A stretch of 64,000 nucleotides of DNA from Solirubrobacterales bacterium (GTDB lineage Bacteria; Actinomycetota; Thermoleophilia; Solirubrobacterales; JACPNS01). Positions 38,034 to 48,085 of the stretch are shown here, piece by piece. The stretch is taken from the NCBI GenBank assembly GCA_051306435.1, contig JBPPNF010000040.1, positions 5,958-69,957 of the forward strand, given 5' to 3'. Numbering within the stretch: position 1 is the stretch's first letter; each line of letters opens with the position of its first letter. The notes under the pieces are model-generated. The model was not told the DNA's origin. It made no database searches and was given only the letters and a program-made list of their open reading frames with translations. A program made the translations under genes and the position numbers.

Positions 38034-38081
38034 CCAGTTTCAGCAGGTCACCCACTTGACATCCAGGAGCACCACCTCAGC

Positions 38082-39902
38082 ATGCAGCTGACGCACGAAT
38101 CAGGAACCAAGACGCACAAGCTCGGGACCGTAGAGAACCCCGAAGTCTTCGAGAACGTCCCGGGCCACGTCATCCCGATCATCGCCCAGGAGTTCGAGGA
38201 CTTCGAATCCGAGGCCGACCGTTTCATCGACGGTCAGATCGAGGAGGCCCAGTACATCGGCTTCCGCCTCAAGCAGGGCGTTTACGGCCAACGTCAGCCC
38301 GGCGTGAACATGACCCGCGTGAAGCTCCCCTTCGGCGGCATCACCGCCGACCAGATGGACGCCTTCGGCGACGTCTCCGAGACGCACGCCCCCCTGAAGA
38401 AGGCGCACATCACGACGCGCCAGGCAGTCCAGATCCACCACATTCCGCTCGCCAAGATGCACGAGGTGCTGCGCCACATCAGCGTCAGCGGCCTCTCCTC
38501 CCGTGAAGGTTGTGGCAACACCGTGCGCAACGTGACCGGCGACCCGTTCGCCGGAATCCTCGAGGGCGAAGTCTTCGACCCGTCGCCCTGGGCCGGTGCA
38601 TTCGTGCGTTACTGGGTACGCAACGAGCTCACCCAGTTGCTCCCGCGTAAGTGCAAGGTCGCCTTCTCCGGCTACGCCGACAACCGTGCGCTCACAGACA
38701 TCCACGACATCGCCTTCGAGTCGAAGATCAACGACGCCGGTGAGCCCGGCTTCCGCATCCTCGTCGGTGGCGGCACATCAATCTTCCCGCGACTCGCGCC
38801 CGAGCTCTTCGAGTGGGTCTCCTTCGACGAGTACCTCAAGGTCTCCGAAGCGGTGCTGCGCATCTTCGACCGTTGCGACGAGCTGCGCGTCAACCGTGCC
38901 CGTGCCCGCATCAAGGTCTACATCGACCGCATCGGAATGGACGCCTTCCGCGAAGAAGTCCTCGAAGAGATGAAGCAGGACTGGGCGCTCGTGGGCGACT
39001 TCGACCCCGAGCCGCTGCTCTTTGTCCCGGACGAGGAGGGCGCTGCCCCCAGGGCCGGCGCCGACTACGCCGAGCCCGGTGACGACCGCGAAGAATTTGA
39101 GGCCTTCAAGGAGCACAACGTCTTCGAGCAGAAGCAGAACGGCTACAGCGCCGTCATGCTCAAGGTCTACCGCGGCGACCTCTCACCCGAGCAGTGGCAC
39201 GGCGTTGCCGACATCACGCGCAGGTACTCCAGCGGGTTTGCGCGCACGACCGTCACGCAGAACCTCGTTCTTCGCTTCGTTCCCAGCGACGCCGTTTACG
39301 AGGCATGGCTCGCTCTGAAGGAGCTTGAGCTCGGCGACCCGGGTGCGGACACCCTGCAGGACGTCGTCTCGTGCCCCGGCACCGACAGCTGCAAGCTCGG
39401 CATCACCGCCTCGATGGGCCTCAACGCCGCAGTGCACGAGCGCATCAAAGAGATGAAGATCACCGATCCTCTGACCAAGAAGGCCGTCGTCCGCATGAGC
39501 GGATGCCCGAACGGCTGCTCGCAGCACCACATCGCCTCGATCGGCTTCAACGGCGCGTCGATGAAGTTCGACGGCAAGCAGGTTCCGGCCTACATCGTTC
39601 AGGTCGGTGGCCGCGGAGCGGAGGGCAAGGTCAACTTCGGCAAGCGCCTGAAGGTCCGCATCCCCGCCAAGCGCGTCCCGGATGCCGTCGAGCGTTGGCT
39701 CCGCCTCTACGAAAGCGACCGTCAGGGCGATGAGCAGTTTGCAGACTTTGCCGACCGCGTCGGCGCCGAACCGTTCGAAGACCTCGCAAGGGATCTGGCT
39801 CTGCCTCTGGAGTTCAGTGAAGACACCAAGGAAACGTTCGTCGACTGGCAGCGCAGTGGGTTGTTCAAGGTCGAGCGTGGCGAAGGAGAGTGCGCAGTAT
39901 GA
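38082..39902 (+). CDS. sir: ferredoxin-dependent sulfite (nitrite/sulfite) reductase, siroheme/4Fe-4S
   Basis: 606 aa. Cys clusters SCPGTDSCKLGI and SGCPNGCSQHHIA. Confidence 0.93.
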   Translation: MQLTHESGTKTHKLGTVENPEVFENVPGHVIPIIAQEFEDFESEADRFIDGQIEEAQYIGFRLKQGVYGQRQPGVNMTRVKLPFGGITADQMDAFGDVSETHAPLKKAHITTRQAVQIHHIPLAKMHEVLRHISVSGLSSREGCGNTVRNVTGDPFAGILEGEVFDPSPWAGAFVRYWVRNELTQLLPRKCKVAFSGYADNRALTDIHDIAFESKINDAGEPGFRILVGGGTSIFPRLAPELFEWVSFDEYLKVSEAVLRIFDRCDELRVNRARARIKVYIDRIGMDAFREEVLEEMKQDWALVGDFDPEPLLFVPDEEGAAPRAGADYAEPGDDREEFEAFKEHNVFEQKQNGYSAVMLKVYRGDLSPEQWHGVADITRRYSSGFARTTVTQNLVLRFVPSDAVYEAWLALKELELGDPGADTLQDVVSCPGTDSCKLGITASMGLNAAVHERIKEMKITDPLTKKAVVRMSGCPNGCSQHHIASIGFNGASMKFDGKQVPAYIVQVGGRGAEGKVNFGKRLKVRIPAKRVPDAVERWLRLYESDRQGDEQFADFADRVGAEPFEDLARDLALPLEFSEDTKETFVDWQRSGLFKVERGEGECAV

Positions 39903-40651
39903 ACCCAGCAGACGCAATCGCGCTGGAGAACGTCGAAGAAGTCGAGGAGGCGACCACGCCGCTCTTCGACGCGGCAGACCTGTCGATCCCGGGGAACCCT
40001 TCGGTCGACCTCGACATGGGCAGGGCCCAGGACATCCTGAGCTACGCAGTCGACCAGTTCGGCGGCCGCCTGATCCAGGCCAGCTCCTTCCAGAAGGAAG
40101 CTTCGGTGATCCTCGACATGCTGCTGAAGATCAACCCCGAGGCGCGCCTCTTCACGATCGACAACGGCAACCTCTTCCCCGAGACCCTTGAGGTCTGGCA
40201 ACAGATCGAGCGGCGCTACGACACGAAGATCGAAGTCTTCCGCTCACTCGAGTTTGCTCCGCAGACGATCCGCGAACAGGCAACTCCTGCAAACGCATGG
40301 GCTGGCGCACCGGAAGACTGCTGCGGTCCGTACAAGGTCGCTGCGCTGCAGTCGGCGCTGCTGGGCGTTGACGCCTGGATCACCGGCCTGCGTCGCGAAC
40401 AGTCCCACACCCGCGGCGAAACCCGCAAGGTCCAGTGGGACGCCAAGAACACCCTCTGGAAGATCTGCCCGCTGGCAGATTGGACCGAGCGTGACGTCTG
40501 GAACTACATCTTCGAGAACGATGTGCCCTACAACAAGTTGCACGACCAGGGCTACTCATCGATCGGGTGCACCAACTGCACCACCCCGGGCGACGGCCGT
40601 GAAGGCCGTTGGGCGGGATCGGACAAGACTGAATGCGGCATGCACGGCTGA
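39899..40651 (+). CDS. cysH: adenylyl-sulfate (APS)/PAPS reductase CysH, Fe-S type
   Basis: PAPS_reduct fold. A CC pair (EDCCGPY) and CxxC (GCTNCT), typical of 4Fe-4S APS reductases, with a C-terminal ECGMH. ATGA overlap with sir. An alternative GTG start lies at 39890. Confidence 0.9.
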   Translation: MNPADAIALENVEEVEEATTPLFDAADLSIPGNPSVDLDMGRAQDILSYAVDQFGGRLIQASSFQKEASVILDMLLKINPEARLFTIDNGNLFPETLEVWQQIERRYDTKIEVFRSLEFAPQTIREQATPANAWAGAPEDCCGPYKVAALQSALLGVDAWITGLRREQSHTRGETRKVQWDAKNTLWKICPLADWTERDVWNYIFENDVPYNKLHDQGYSSIGCTNCTTPGDGREGRWAGSDKTECGMHG

Positions 40652-40698
40652 GTCCGGCACGCCTTTACACCCACATCCAAGCAACAAAGGAAAGAACT

Positions 40699-41259
40699 TT
40701 GGCTACCGACCAAAAAGGATTCGTCCTGTGGTTCACCGGACTCTCCGGGGCAGGCAAGACGACCATCGCAGACATCGTCGACGCGCGCCTGCGCGACCGC
40801 GGCTCCAAGATTGAAGTACTCGACGGCGACGTCGTGCGCACCAACCTCAGCAAGGGCCTCGGCTTCTCGCGCGAGGACCGCGACACCAACATCGCGCGCA
40901 TCGCGTTCGTCGCAGACCTGCTTGCCCGCAACGAGGTCCCTGTGATCACCGCCGCGATCTCGCCCTACGCCGCCACCCGCGACGCAGCCCGCGAGCTGAT
41001 CGGCGATGACAAGTTCATCGAGATCCATGTCGCCACCTCACTCGAAGAGTGCGAAGCCCGCGACACCAAGGGTCTCTACGCCAAGGCACGCTCCGGCGAG
41101 ATCAAGGAGTTCACCGGCATCAGCGACCCGTACGAGGCGCCGACCAACCCGGAGATCACGATCCAGACCGAAGGCGCGACTCCCGACGAGTCGACCGACC
41201 AGATCTTCACCTACCTTGAGGCCAACGGCTTCCTGGCGCTGGAAGAAGCTGTTGCGTGA
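40699..41259 (+). CDS. cysC: adenylyl-sulfate kinase
   Basis: P-loop [11 protein letters not shown] and [21 protein letters not shown]. Probable TTG start at 40699. The ORF-track start at 40633 overlaps cysH. Confidence 0.9.
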   Translation: MATDQKGFVLWFTGLSGAGKTTIADIVDARLRDRGSKIEVLDGDVVRTNLSKGLGFSREDRDTNIARIAFVADLLARNEVPVITAAISPYAATRDAARELIGDDKFIEIHVATSLEECEARDTKGLYAKARSGEIKEFTGISDPYEAPTNPEITIQTEGATPDESTDQIFTYLEANGFLALEEAVA

Positions 41260-42317
41260 TGGCGATTGAACTCTCAGCAAAGCAGACAGCCGACTTCGAG
41301 CTGCTTGCCAACGGCGGCTTCGCGCCGCTGACCGGCTTTCAGAACGAGGCCGACTACAAGAACGTCGTCGAGAACATGCGTCTTGCCGACGGTCAGCCGT
41401 GGTCGATCCCGGTTGTGCTCGGCTCCGCCAGCGGCGAAGTCGGCGAGACCGTCGAGCTGATCGGCAGCCAGGGCGAGGCCCTCGGCACGCTGACGATCGA
41501 AGAGGTCTACGAGCGTGACCTCAGGAACGAGGCCGAGAAGGTCTACCGCACGACCGACGAGGCGCACCCCGGCGTCGCCGCTCTGTACGCGGAGAACTCG
41601 CGCGTGATCGGCGGCTCGATCGAGGCCGACCAGCTTCCCGACCACATCGACATCGTCAAGCCCTACCTGCTCACACCGGCCGAGACCAAGGCCGAGTTCG
41701 AGCGTCGTGGCTGGAAAACCGTCGTCGGGTTCCAGACCCGCAACCCGATCCACCGCGCTCACGAGTACATCACCAAGGTCGCGCTTGAGGGCGTCGACGG
41801 ACTCTTCCTGCACCCGCTCGTCGGCGAGACGAAGTCAGATGACATCGACGCCGAAACGCGCATGAAGTGTTACGAAGTGCTGATCGACGGCTACTACGTC
41901 AAGGAGCGCGTGCTGCTTGGCGTGAACCCCGCCGCGATGCGTTACGCAGGTCCCCGTGAGGCGATCTTCCACGCGCTGGTGCGTCGTAACTACGGCTGCA
42001 CGCACTTCATCGTCGGCCGCGACCACGCTGGTGTCGGCGACTACTACGGCACCTTCGACGCGCAGCACATCTTCGACGAGTTCGAGCCCGGCGAGTTGGG
42101 CATCGAGCCGCTGAAGTTCGAGCACAGCTTCTGGTGCAACCTGACCGGTGCGATGGCGACTTCGAAGACCTCTCCGGCAGGCCCGGAGGACAAAGTCTTC
42201 CTCTCGGGTACTGCGGTGCGCGAGATGCTCGTCAAGGGCGAACGTCCGCCGATCGAGTTCACGCGTCCCGAAGTTGCAGACGTGCTGATCGACGCGATGT
42301 CGGGAGTGCCGGCCTAG
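41256..42317 (+). CDS. sat: sulfate adenylyltransferase (homomeric ATP sulfurylase)
   Basis: 353 aa. Carries [14 protein letters not shown] and [12 protein letters not shown] overlap with cysC. Confidence 0.93.
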   Translation: MMAIELSAKQTADFELLANGGFAPLTGFQNEADYKNVVENMRLADGQPWSIPVVLGSASGEVGETVELIGSQGEALGTLTIEEVYERDLRNEAEKVYRTTDEAHPGVAALYAENSRVIGGSIEADQLPDHIDIVKPYLLTPAETKAEFERRGWKTVVGFQTRNPIHRAHEYITKVALEGVDGLFLHPLVGETKSDDIDAETRMKCYEVLIDGYYVKERVLLGVNPAAMRYAGPREAIFHALVRRNYGCTHFIVGRDHAGVGDYYGTFDAQHIFDEFEPGELGIEPLKFEHSFWCNLTGAMATSKTSPAGPEDKVFLSGTAVREMLVKGERPPIEFTRPEVADVLIDAMSGVPA

Positions 42318-42353
42318 CCGACACTTCACGCGGCTCCAGGGGAGGGCCGCGAC

Positions 42354-43337
42354 GTGGATCCACTACTAATCCTTTTTGGATTTGGTGTCGGCCTGATGGT
42401 CGGCATGACGGGTATGGGCGGGGGGTCTCTGATGACCCCCCTGCTCGTGCTGCTCTTCGGCGTGAAGCCGACGCTGGCCGTCGGCACGGACATCGCCTAC
42501 CAGGCCGTGACCAAGATGGTCGGCGGCTACAAGCACGTCAAGCTCAAGACCGTGAACTTCGGCGCCGCGCTGTGGCTCGCGGCGGGAAGCGTCCCGGGAG
42601 CCGTCGGCGGCGTTCGAGTCGTCTCGCTTGCGCACGACCGCTACGGCGAGGACGTGGAGACCTTCACGTTGATCGCGCTCGGGGTCGTGCTCGCGCTGGT
42701 GGGGATCTTCACGCTTACGCGGTCGATTCTCTTCCCGAGTTTTCAGTCCAGCGACGGTCAGCCCCACGTCACGCTGACGACCAGGTTGAAAGTCACGGCA
42801 ATCGCCATCGGCGTGACGACCGGCTTCATCATCGGAATCACTTCGGCAGGCAGCGGCACCGTGATCGCCGTCGCGCTGATCGCGATATTCAAGCTGCCCC
42901 CGCGCTACGTCGTCGGCACCGACGTCTTCCATGCGGCGATGCTGCTCTGGGCGGCCGGACTCGCGCACTGGGCCGGTGGCACCGTGGACTTCCCGCTGAT
43001 GGGAACGCTGTTGATCGGATCGATCCCCGGAGTCTGGATCGGTAGTCACCTGAGCGTCAAGGTTCCGGAGGCGACGCTGCGCACCGCGCTCGGAAGTGTG
43101 CTCGTGCTCTCGGCGTCCGCGACGCTTGAAAAGGCCGATATCGAGTTCCTCCCCGCAGTGTTGATCGGCGGGATGTTGGCGTTCTACGTGACGATCACGA
43201 TCTTGATTCTCACCGACCGCCTGATCAACCCGTGGAAGGCAGAGCTGCACATCCACAAGCGAGGCGAACCGGTCGAGACCGAGCCGACTTCGATGCCGGC
43301 GCCGTCCGTCCGGCCGTTCGAGCACGAACCGAGCTAG
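42354..43337 (+). CDS. TauE/SafE family sulfite/sulfate-type anion permease
   Basis: 327 aa. Polytopic, with two halves carrying the GxGGG-type motif (GMTGMGGGSLMTPLL ... ITSAGSGTVIAVAL). Confidence 0.85.
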   Translation: MDPLLILFGFGVGLMVGMTGMGGGSLMTPLLVLLFGVKPTLAVGTDIAYQAVTKMVGGYKHVKLKTVNFGAALWLAAGSVPGAVGGVRVVSLAHDRYGEDVETFTLIALGVVLALVGIFTLTRSILFPSFQSSDGQPHVTLTTRLKVTAIAIGVTTGFIIGITSAGSGTVIAVALIAIFKLPPRYVVGTDVFHAAMLLWAAGLAHWAGGTVDFPLMGTLLIGSIPGVWIGSHLSVKVPEATLRTALGSVLVLSASATLEKADIEFLPAVLIGGMLAFYVTITILILTDRLINPWKAELHIHKRGEPVETEPTSMPAPSVRPFEHEPS

Positions 43338-43341
43338 CCGA

Positions 43342-43779
43342 CTAAAGCGCTGCCGAGCCGACCCAGTCGATCCAGACGAGCTCGTGGTCGTCGGGGTCGT
43401 ACTTGAGCTTCAGCTTCTGGCCGGGGATCGCGGCCGACACGTACTCCTCGGCAACCGGCTGCACGACGTGCGCGGTGAACTCCGACCCGTCCTCCGGGAA
43501 GACGGTCAGGTGCACGTCAAAGGTGTCCTGCAGGTTGATTTCTTTGACGGCGCGCTTGACCGAGTCGATCCGGCCAGTGGCTGCGATGCCGCCCATGATC
43601 AGCGCGGTGGAGTCAACGATGCGCCCGTCGGTTCCGTCGGTCTGAACGATCGCCCGATGCTCGGCCATCAGAGAGCGCACCTGCTCGCCCGACGCCTTCC
43701 CCAGGTTCTGGGGATCAACGTCCTGGTCGCCATCCCCGCCGGACGGCCCGGGATCGCTCAGTTTCTTGAAAAGGCCCAT
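43342..43779 (-). CDS. hypothetical protein
   Basis: 145 aa with high GC3. No recognisable motif. Confidence 0.5.
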   Translation of the reverse strand: MGLFKKLSDPGPSGGDGDQDVDPQNLGKASGEQVRSLMAEHRAIVQTDGTDGRIVDSTALIMGGIAATGRIDSVKRAVKEINLQDTFDVHLTVFPEDGSEFTAHVVQPVAEEYVSAAIPGQKLKLKYDPDDHELVWIDWVGSAAL

Positions 43780-43846
43780 TCATGCACCCTAACGGGCATC
43801 TCTTCTCAATTGAGGGTTTCACCACCCTTATAGACTCCCGTGCCAA

Positions 43847-45613
43847 ATGTTTGAGAAAGTGCTAGTCGCGAACCGCGGCGAAATCGCGATTCGCGTATTT
43901 CGCGCGCTCAAAGAGTTGGATGTTGCTTCGGTCGCCGTCTACAGCGATGCCGACAAGGACGCACTGTTTGTCGGCTTCGCCGACGAGGCGTACACCCTTG
44001 GTGAAGGGCCCTCGACCGACACTTATCTGCGGATTGACAAGATCATCGAGATCGCCAGGCGCAGCGGTGCTCAGGCGATCCACCCCGGCTACGGGTTCTT
44101 GGCTGAGAACTCCGAGTTTGCTCAGACTTGTCAGGACGAAGGGTTCGTTTTCATCGGGCCCCCGGCTTCGGCGATTGACTCGATGGGGTCGAAGACCAAG
44201 GCTCGTGAGTTGATGGAAGCAGCGGGCGTGCCGATCGTTCCGGGTACCACTGACCCGGTTGACACGGTTGATGACGCGCGCAAGATCATCGAGGGCGGGA
44301 TCGGCTACCCGGTGGCGATCAAGGCCTCCGGCGGCGGCGGCGGCAAGGGCTTCCGCGTCGCTCTCACCGAGGATGAGCTGCAGGATGCCTTCGAGGGCGC
44401 CTCGCGCGAAGGCGAGAAGTTCTTCAACGACGGCACCGTCTACCTCGAACGCTACCTGCCCAACCCGCGCCACGTGGAAGTTCAGATTCTCGCCGACAAC
44501 GAGGGCAACGTGGTCCACCTTTCCGAGCGCGACTGCTCCGTGCAGCGTCGCCATCAGAAGCTGATTGAAGAGGCTCCAGCCCCGGTCGTCGACAATCCCG
44601 AGTTGCGCGAGCGACTGGGCGAGATCGGCGTCAACGCGGCGAAAGCCGTAGGCTACCGCTCGGCCGGGACGATCGAAGGTCTGTTCCAGGATGGGGAGTA
44701 CTACTTCCTCGAGATGAACACGCGCGTCCAGGTCGAGCACTGCGTGACCGAAGAGGTCACCGGCATCGACATCGTCGCCGAGCAGATCCGCATTGCTGCG
44801 GGCTACCCGCTGAGCTTCAAGCAGGAAGACGTCGACATCCGCGGCCATGCGATCGAGTGCCGCATCAACTTCGAGGACGCCGCCAAGAACTTCGCGCCGG
44901 CGCCTGGCAAGATCACGACTTACCGCGAGCCCTCGGGCCCGGGCGTACGCGTTGACTCCGGCGTCAAGGCCGGCAGCGAGATCTCGCCGCTCTACGACCC
45001 GATGGCTGCCAAGTTGATCGTCTACGCGGAAAACCGCGAAAAGGCGACCGCACGCATGCTGCGCGCGCTCAGGGAGTACGAGATCGACGCGACCACGCTG
45101 ATCCCGTTCCACATCGGACTGCTGGAGAGCGAGCAGTGGCAGAACGGCGAGACCTGCAAGGACCTCACCGAGGACAGGACCTGGCTCAAGCAGTTCGCAA
45201 AACCCAAGGCTCCCAAGCCCGTCGAGGGTGAGGAAGCGGTCGAGAAGGTCACCAAGACCTACACCGTCGAGGTCTCCGGCAAGCGCTACGACGTCAAGGT
45301 CGAGGGCGAGGCTGGCGGATTCGGTGGCGGCGCGGCCCCGGCAGGCAAGAAGGCCCCCAAGCGTGGCGACCGTGCCGCCGGGGGCAGCAACGGCGCCTCC
45401 AGTGAGTCGCTGACCTCCCCGCTCCAGGGCACGGTCTTCAAGGTCACCACCGAGGTCGGCGCTGAAGTCGCCGAGGGTGACGTGCTCTTCATCATCGAGG
45501 CGATGAAGATGGAGAACGAGATCACCGCGCACCGTTCCGGCAAGGTCGAGTCACTCGCGGCCGGCGAAGGCGAATCAGTTTCGGCCGGCGACACGCTGGC
45601 GATCATCAAGTAG
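43847..45613 (+). CDS. acetyl/propionyl-CoA carboxylase alpha subunit (biotin carboxylase + BCCP)
   Basis: 588 aa. N-terminus MFEKVLVANRGEIAIRV, an ATP-grasp domain, and the C-terminal biotinyl motif EAMKMENEI. Confidence 0.95.
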   Translation: MFEKVLVANRGEIAIRVFRALKELDVASVAVYSDADKDALFVGFADEAYTLGEGPSTDTYLRIDKIIEIARRSGAQAIHPGYGFLAENSEFAQTCQDEGFVFIGPPASAIDSMGSKTKARELMEAAGVPIVPGTTDPVDTVDDARKIIEGGIGYPVAIKASGGGGGKGFRVALTEDELQDAFEGASREGEKFFNDGTVYLERYLPNPRHVEVQILADNEGNVVHLSERDCSVQRRHQKLIEEAPAPVVDNPELRERLGEIGVNAAKAVGYRSAGTIEGLFQDGEYYFLEMNTRVQVEHCVTEEVTGIDIVAEQIRIAAGYPLSFKQEDVDIRGHAIECRINFEDAAKNFAPAPGKITTYREPSGPGVRVDSGVKAGSEISPLYDPMAAKLIVYAENREKATARMLRALREYEIDATTLIPFHIGLLESEQWQNGETCKDLTEDRTWLKQFAKPKAPKPVEGEEAVEKVTKTYTVEVSGKRYDVKVEGEAGGFGGGAAPAGKKAPKRGDRAAGGSNGASSESLTSPLQGTVFKVTTEVGAEVAEGDVLFIIEAMKMENEITAHRSGKVESLAAGEGESVSAGDTLAIIK

Positions 45614-45624
45614 TCCGCCCGCTG

Positions 45625-46731
45625 ATGGGCACCTTCAGGCAGAAGGCAGGCACGGCCAAGCGTCGCCTTGCCAACGCGTGGCGAGAGCTCTCGCCTCCGC
45701 CGCCGATCGATCAGCAGGACACGGGGTCGATCACCGCGCGGGCGATGTCTGCGCAGCAGTACGCGGTCGAGTCGGCACCTGCCACCGAGCGCATCCACTC
45801 GCGGCTTGCCGCCGCAGATGTAGAAGCGATCGCCGCGGCCGCCAACGCCGATCAGACGATGATCGATTTCCCTGTGCCGCCCGGCGCTCCGCCCAAGCAG
45901 GTGCGGATGACCGACGCGTGGACAAAGGCCGAGGGCATCGAGCGCAAGCGGCTCGATCTGGTGCTCGGCGCGCACTACGAGATCCCGGCTGTGCTTGAGA
46001 AGACCGGCCTGACGACCGCGCGCCCGCCCGAAGAGGTCCACGCGATGACCCACAGCCCGCTCGGCGCCGGCGGCGCCTTCTACCAGGCGGACATGGTCGC
46101 CGACGGTCTGGCCTCGGCAGGATCACCGATCGCTGCGGGCGACAACATCCTCGACTTCGGCAGCTCTTCCGGGCGCGTCACCCGCGCGCTCGCCGCGGCC
46201 TACCCGGAGGCGAATCTCTTCGGCTGCGACCCCAACGGCCCGGCGATCGAATGGGCCGCGGCGAACCTGCCCGGGATCGACTTCCGCGTCAGCCCGAACG
46301 ATCCGCCGACGGATTTCCAGGACGACTTCTTTGCCGCGGCATTCGGGATCTCGATCTGGTCGCACTACAACGAGCGCCTTGCGCTCGCCTGGTACGACGA
46401 GATGTGGCGGATCCTGCGCCCGGGCGGTCACCTGATATCCACCACACACGGCGCCCAGTCGGTCGCTTTCTACGGCGCGCTCGGACTGCGCTCAGCCCAG
46501 CAGCTGGCCGACATCAAGGCAGCGCTCTACGACACCGGCTACTGGTACGCCGCCGAGTTCGGCAAGGACGGCGACTGGGGCGTTGTCAACGACGAGTGGG
46601 GCACGTCGTTCGTCTCCCAGGAGTGGGTGCTCGACAAGCTGACGCCGAAGTGGGAGGTCGCTGAGTATGCGACAGCTCGCAACGAAGAGAACCAGGACGT
46701 CTACGTCCTGCGCAAGCCGCTCGGCTCCTGA
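45625..46731 (+). CDS. class I SAM-dependent methyltransferase
   Basis: 368 aa. Motif I ILDFGSSSGRVT, post-I FGCDPN, and later ILRPGGHLI. The N-terminal ~150 aa are unassigned. Confidence 0.75.
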   Translation: MGTFRQKAGTAKRRLANAWRELSPPPPIDQQDTGSITARAMSAQQYAVESAPATERIHSRLAAADVEAIAAAANADQTMIDFPVPPGAPPKQVRMTDAWTKAEGIERKRLDLVLGAHYEIPAVLEKTGLTTARPPEEVHAMTHSPLGAGGAFYQADMVADGLASAGSPIAAGDNILDFGSSSGRVTRALAAAYPEANLFGCDPNGPAIEWAAANLPGIDFRVSPNDPPTDFQDDFFAAAFGISIWSHYNERLALAWYDEMWRILRPGGHLISTTHGAQSVAFYGALGLRSAQQLADIKAALYDTGYWYAAEFGKDGDWGVVNDEWGTSFVSQEWVLDKLTPKWEVAEYATARNEENQDVYVLRKPLGS

Positions 46732-46758
46732 GGCACGGACTACGCAAGACTCTCGCTC

Positions 46759-47946
46759 GTGGCCCCCTCGCCCGACCGCGACATAAGACTGCTGTTCCCG
46801 CTGCCCCTGGCCACGATCGCGTCGCAGTCGAGCATGGCGAGCATCCCGCCGCTGTTCATCGGAATGAGCCAGGACTTCGACGTGACGATCGGTCAGGTCG
46901 GACAGGTGCGGGCGATCAGCGCGCTGACGGCGGTGCTGGCGACGCTCGCCGTCGGAGGTTGGATCCACAAGCGTGGCGCGCGGCCGGTGATGTTGATCGG
47001 TGGATTGCTTGGCGCGTTGGGCGCGCTGATCTCCGCGCTCTCGCCTGATTTGTACGTCTTCGGGGTCGGCCAGGCCGTGACGGGAATCGGGATCTGCTTT
47101 CTGCTCTCCAGCGGCTTCGCCGGCGCCGGCGAGTTCTTCGCGCCCGAAGCGCGCGACTGGGCGATCGGCTGGGTCGTCGCGCTGCAGTCGCTGGCGTGGA
47201 TCATCGGCGTGCCGATCGTCGGATTTCTGGCTGATGCCTTCTCGTGGCAGTACGGGTTTGCGGTGCCGATCTTCTTCTGCCTGCTTGCCGCCACGACGGC
47301 GATCCTCTTTGCTCCGAAGCTCGATCCGCATCTGCGCGCGCAGGACGAACGAACCGGACTGCTTGCCGCCCTCGCCGACAAGGGCGGCCGTCGTTGGACG
47401 ATCGGAGAGATGCTCGCCTTTGCGGTCTGGACGGCAGAGATCACTTACATAGCCGCGTTCTACAGCGAGGAGTTCAGCCTCAGCGAGGCCACGGTCGGCC
47501 TGCTGCTGCCGTTGGGATCACTCGCGTTCATGGTGGGGTCCGCCACCGCGTCGCGCGCGGGTGAGCGCTGGCCGCGAAGACTGCTGCTGATCGCGTCCAC
47601 GCTGACGATGGGCTTTGTCGCGGCCGTATTGTTCAACTTTTACCCGTTCCTGCTTGTGACGCTCGCGTTCGCGATCCTCATGGGGATTGCGGCGGGGCTA
47701 CGCGCAGCCGGCTCTTCCACGCTCGCGCTCGACCAGCTTCCGGACAAGCCCGGCGCGATGATGGCCGCGCGTACGGGTGGGGTGCAGATCGGGTACCTCG
47801 TGGGTGCATCGGTTGGCGGCCTGATCGTCGACGCCTCTGGTTTCGGAGCGCTGGGCGCGCTGATGGTGATTGGCATGGCGGCCAGCGCGCTGGTGATGTC
47901 CGGCGTGCCGGCACGGGCGGCACCGCATCCGAGTCCCGCAGCCTGA
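46759..47946 (+). CDS. MFS transporter
   Basis: 395 aa with about 12 hydrophobic helices. GTG start. Confidence 0.85.
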   Translation: MAPSPDRDIRLLFPLPLATIASQSSMASIPPLFIGMSQDFDVTIGQVGQVRAISALTAVLATLAVGGWIHKRGARPVMLIGGLLGALGALISALSPDLYVFGVGQAVTGIGICFLLSSGFAGAGEFFAPEARDWAIGWVVALQSLAWIIGVPIVGFLADAFSWQYGFAVPIFFCLLAATTAILFAPKLDPHLRAQDERTGLLAALADKGGRRWTIGEMLAFAVWTAEITYIAAFYSEEFSLSEATVGLLLPLGSLAFMVGSATASRAGERWPRRLLLIASTLTMGFVAAVLFNFYPFLLVTLAFAILMGIAAGLRAAGSSTLALDQLPDKPGAMMAARTGGVQIGYLVGASVGGLIVDASGFGALGALMVIGMAASALVMSGVPARAAPHPSPAA

Positions 47947-48061
47947 GTGGCCGGACGTTTGATGTTCGTGGACACCAGGAAGTAAGACGGAGCCGACCGG
48001 TCGCGACGGGACAGCAGACTCTCTTCGTCCGCGACGGAGTCACGCACTGGCGCAGTCACGG

Positions 48062-48079
48062 AACGCGCAAGCGCGCGTT
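48062..48079. terminator. short GC hairpin between convergent MFS and HAD genes (possible bidirectional terminator)
   Basis: AACGCGC-aagc-GCGCGTT, followed by TAT. 7-bp stem. Confidence 0.3.
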
Positions 48080-48085
48080 TATCCG

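Noticed and set aside
38056-38061. A perfect TTGACA upstream of sir, considered as the -35 box.
   Set aside because: It lies only 21 nt before the ATG and overlaps the SD region. No suitably spaced -10 would leave room for a ribosome-binding site.
48064-48075. A recurring CGCGCAAGCG-type mini-hairpin (GCAA tetraloop) seen near 27809, 48064, 51089 and 62233, considered as a dispersed repeat family.
   Set aside because: The shared core is only about 8-10 nt. A rough composition-based expectation for such an 8-mer over both strands of 64 kb of high-GC DNA is several occurrences, so chance is sufficient.
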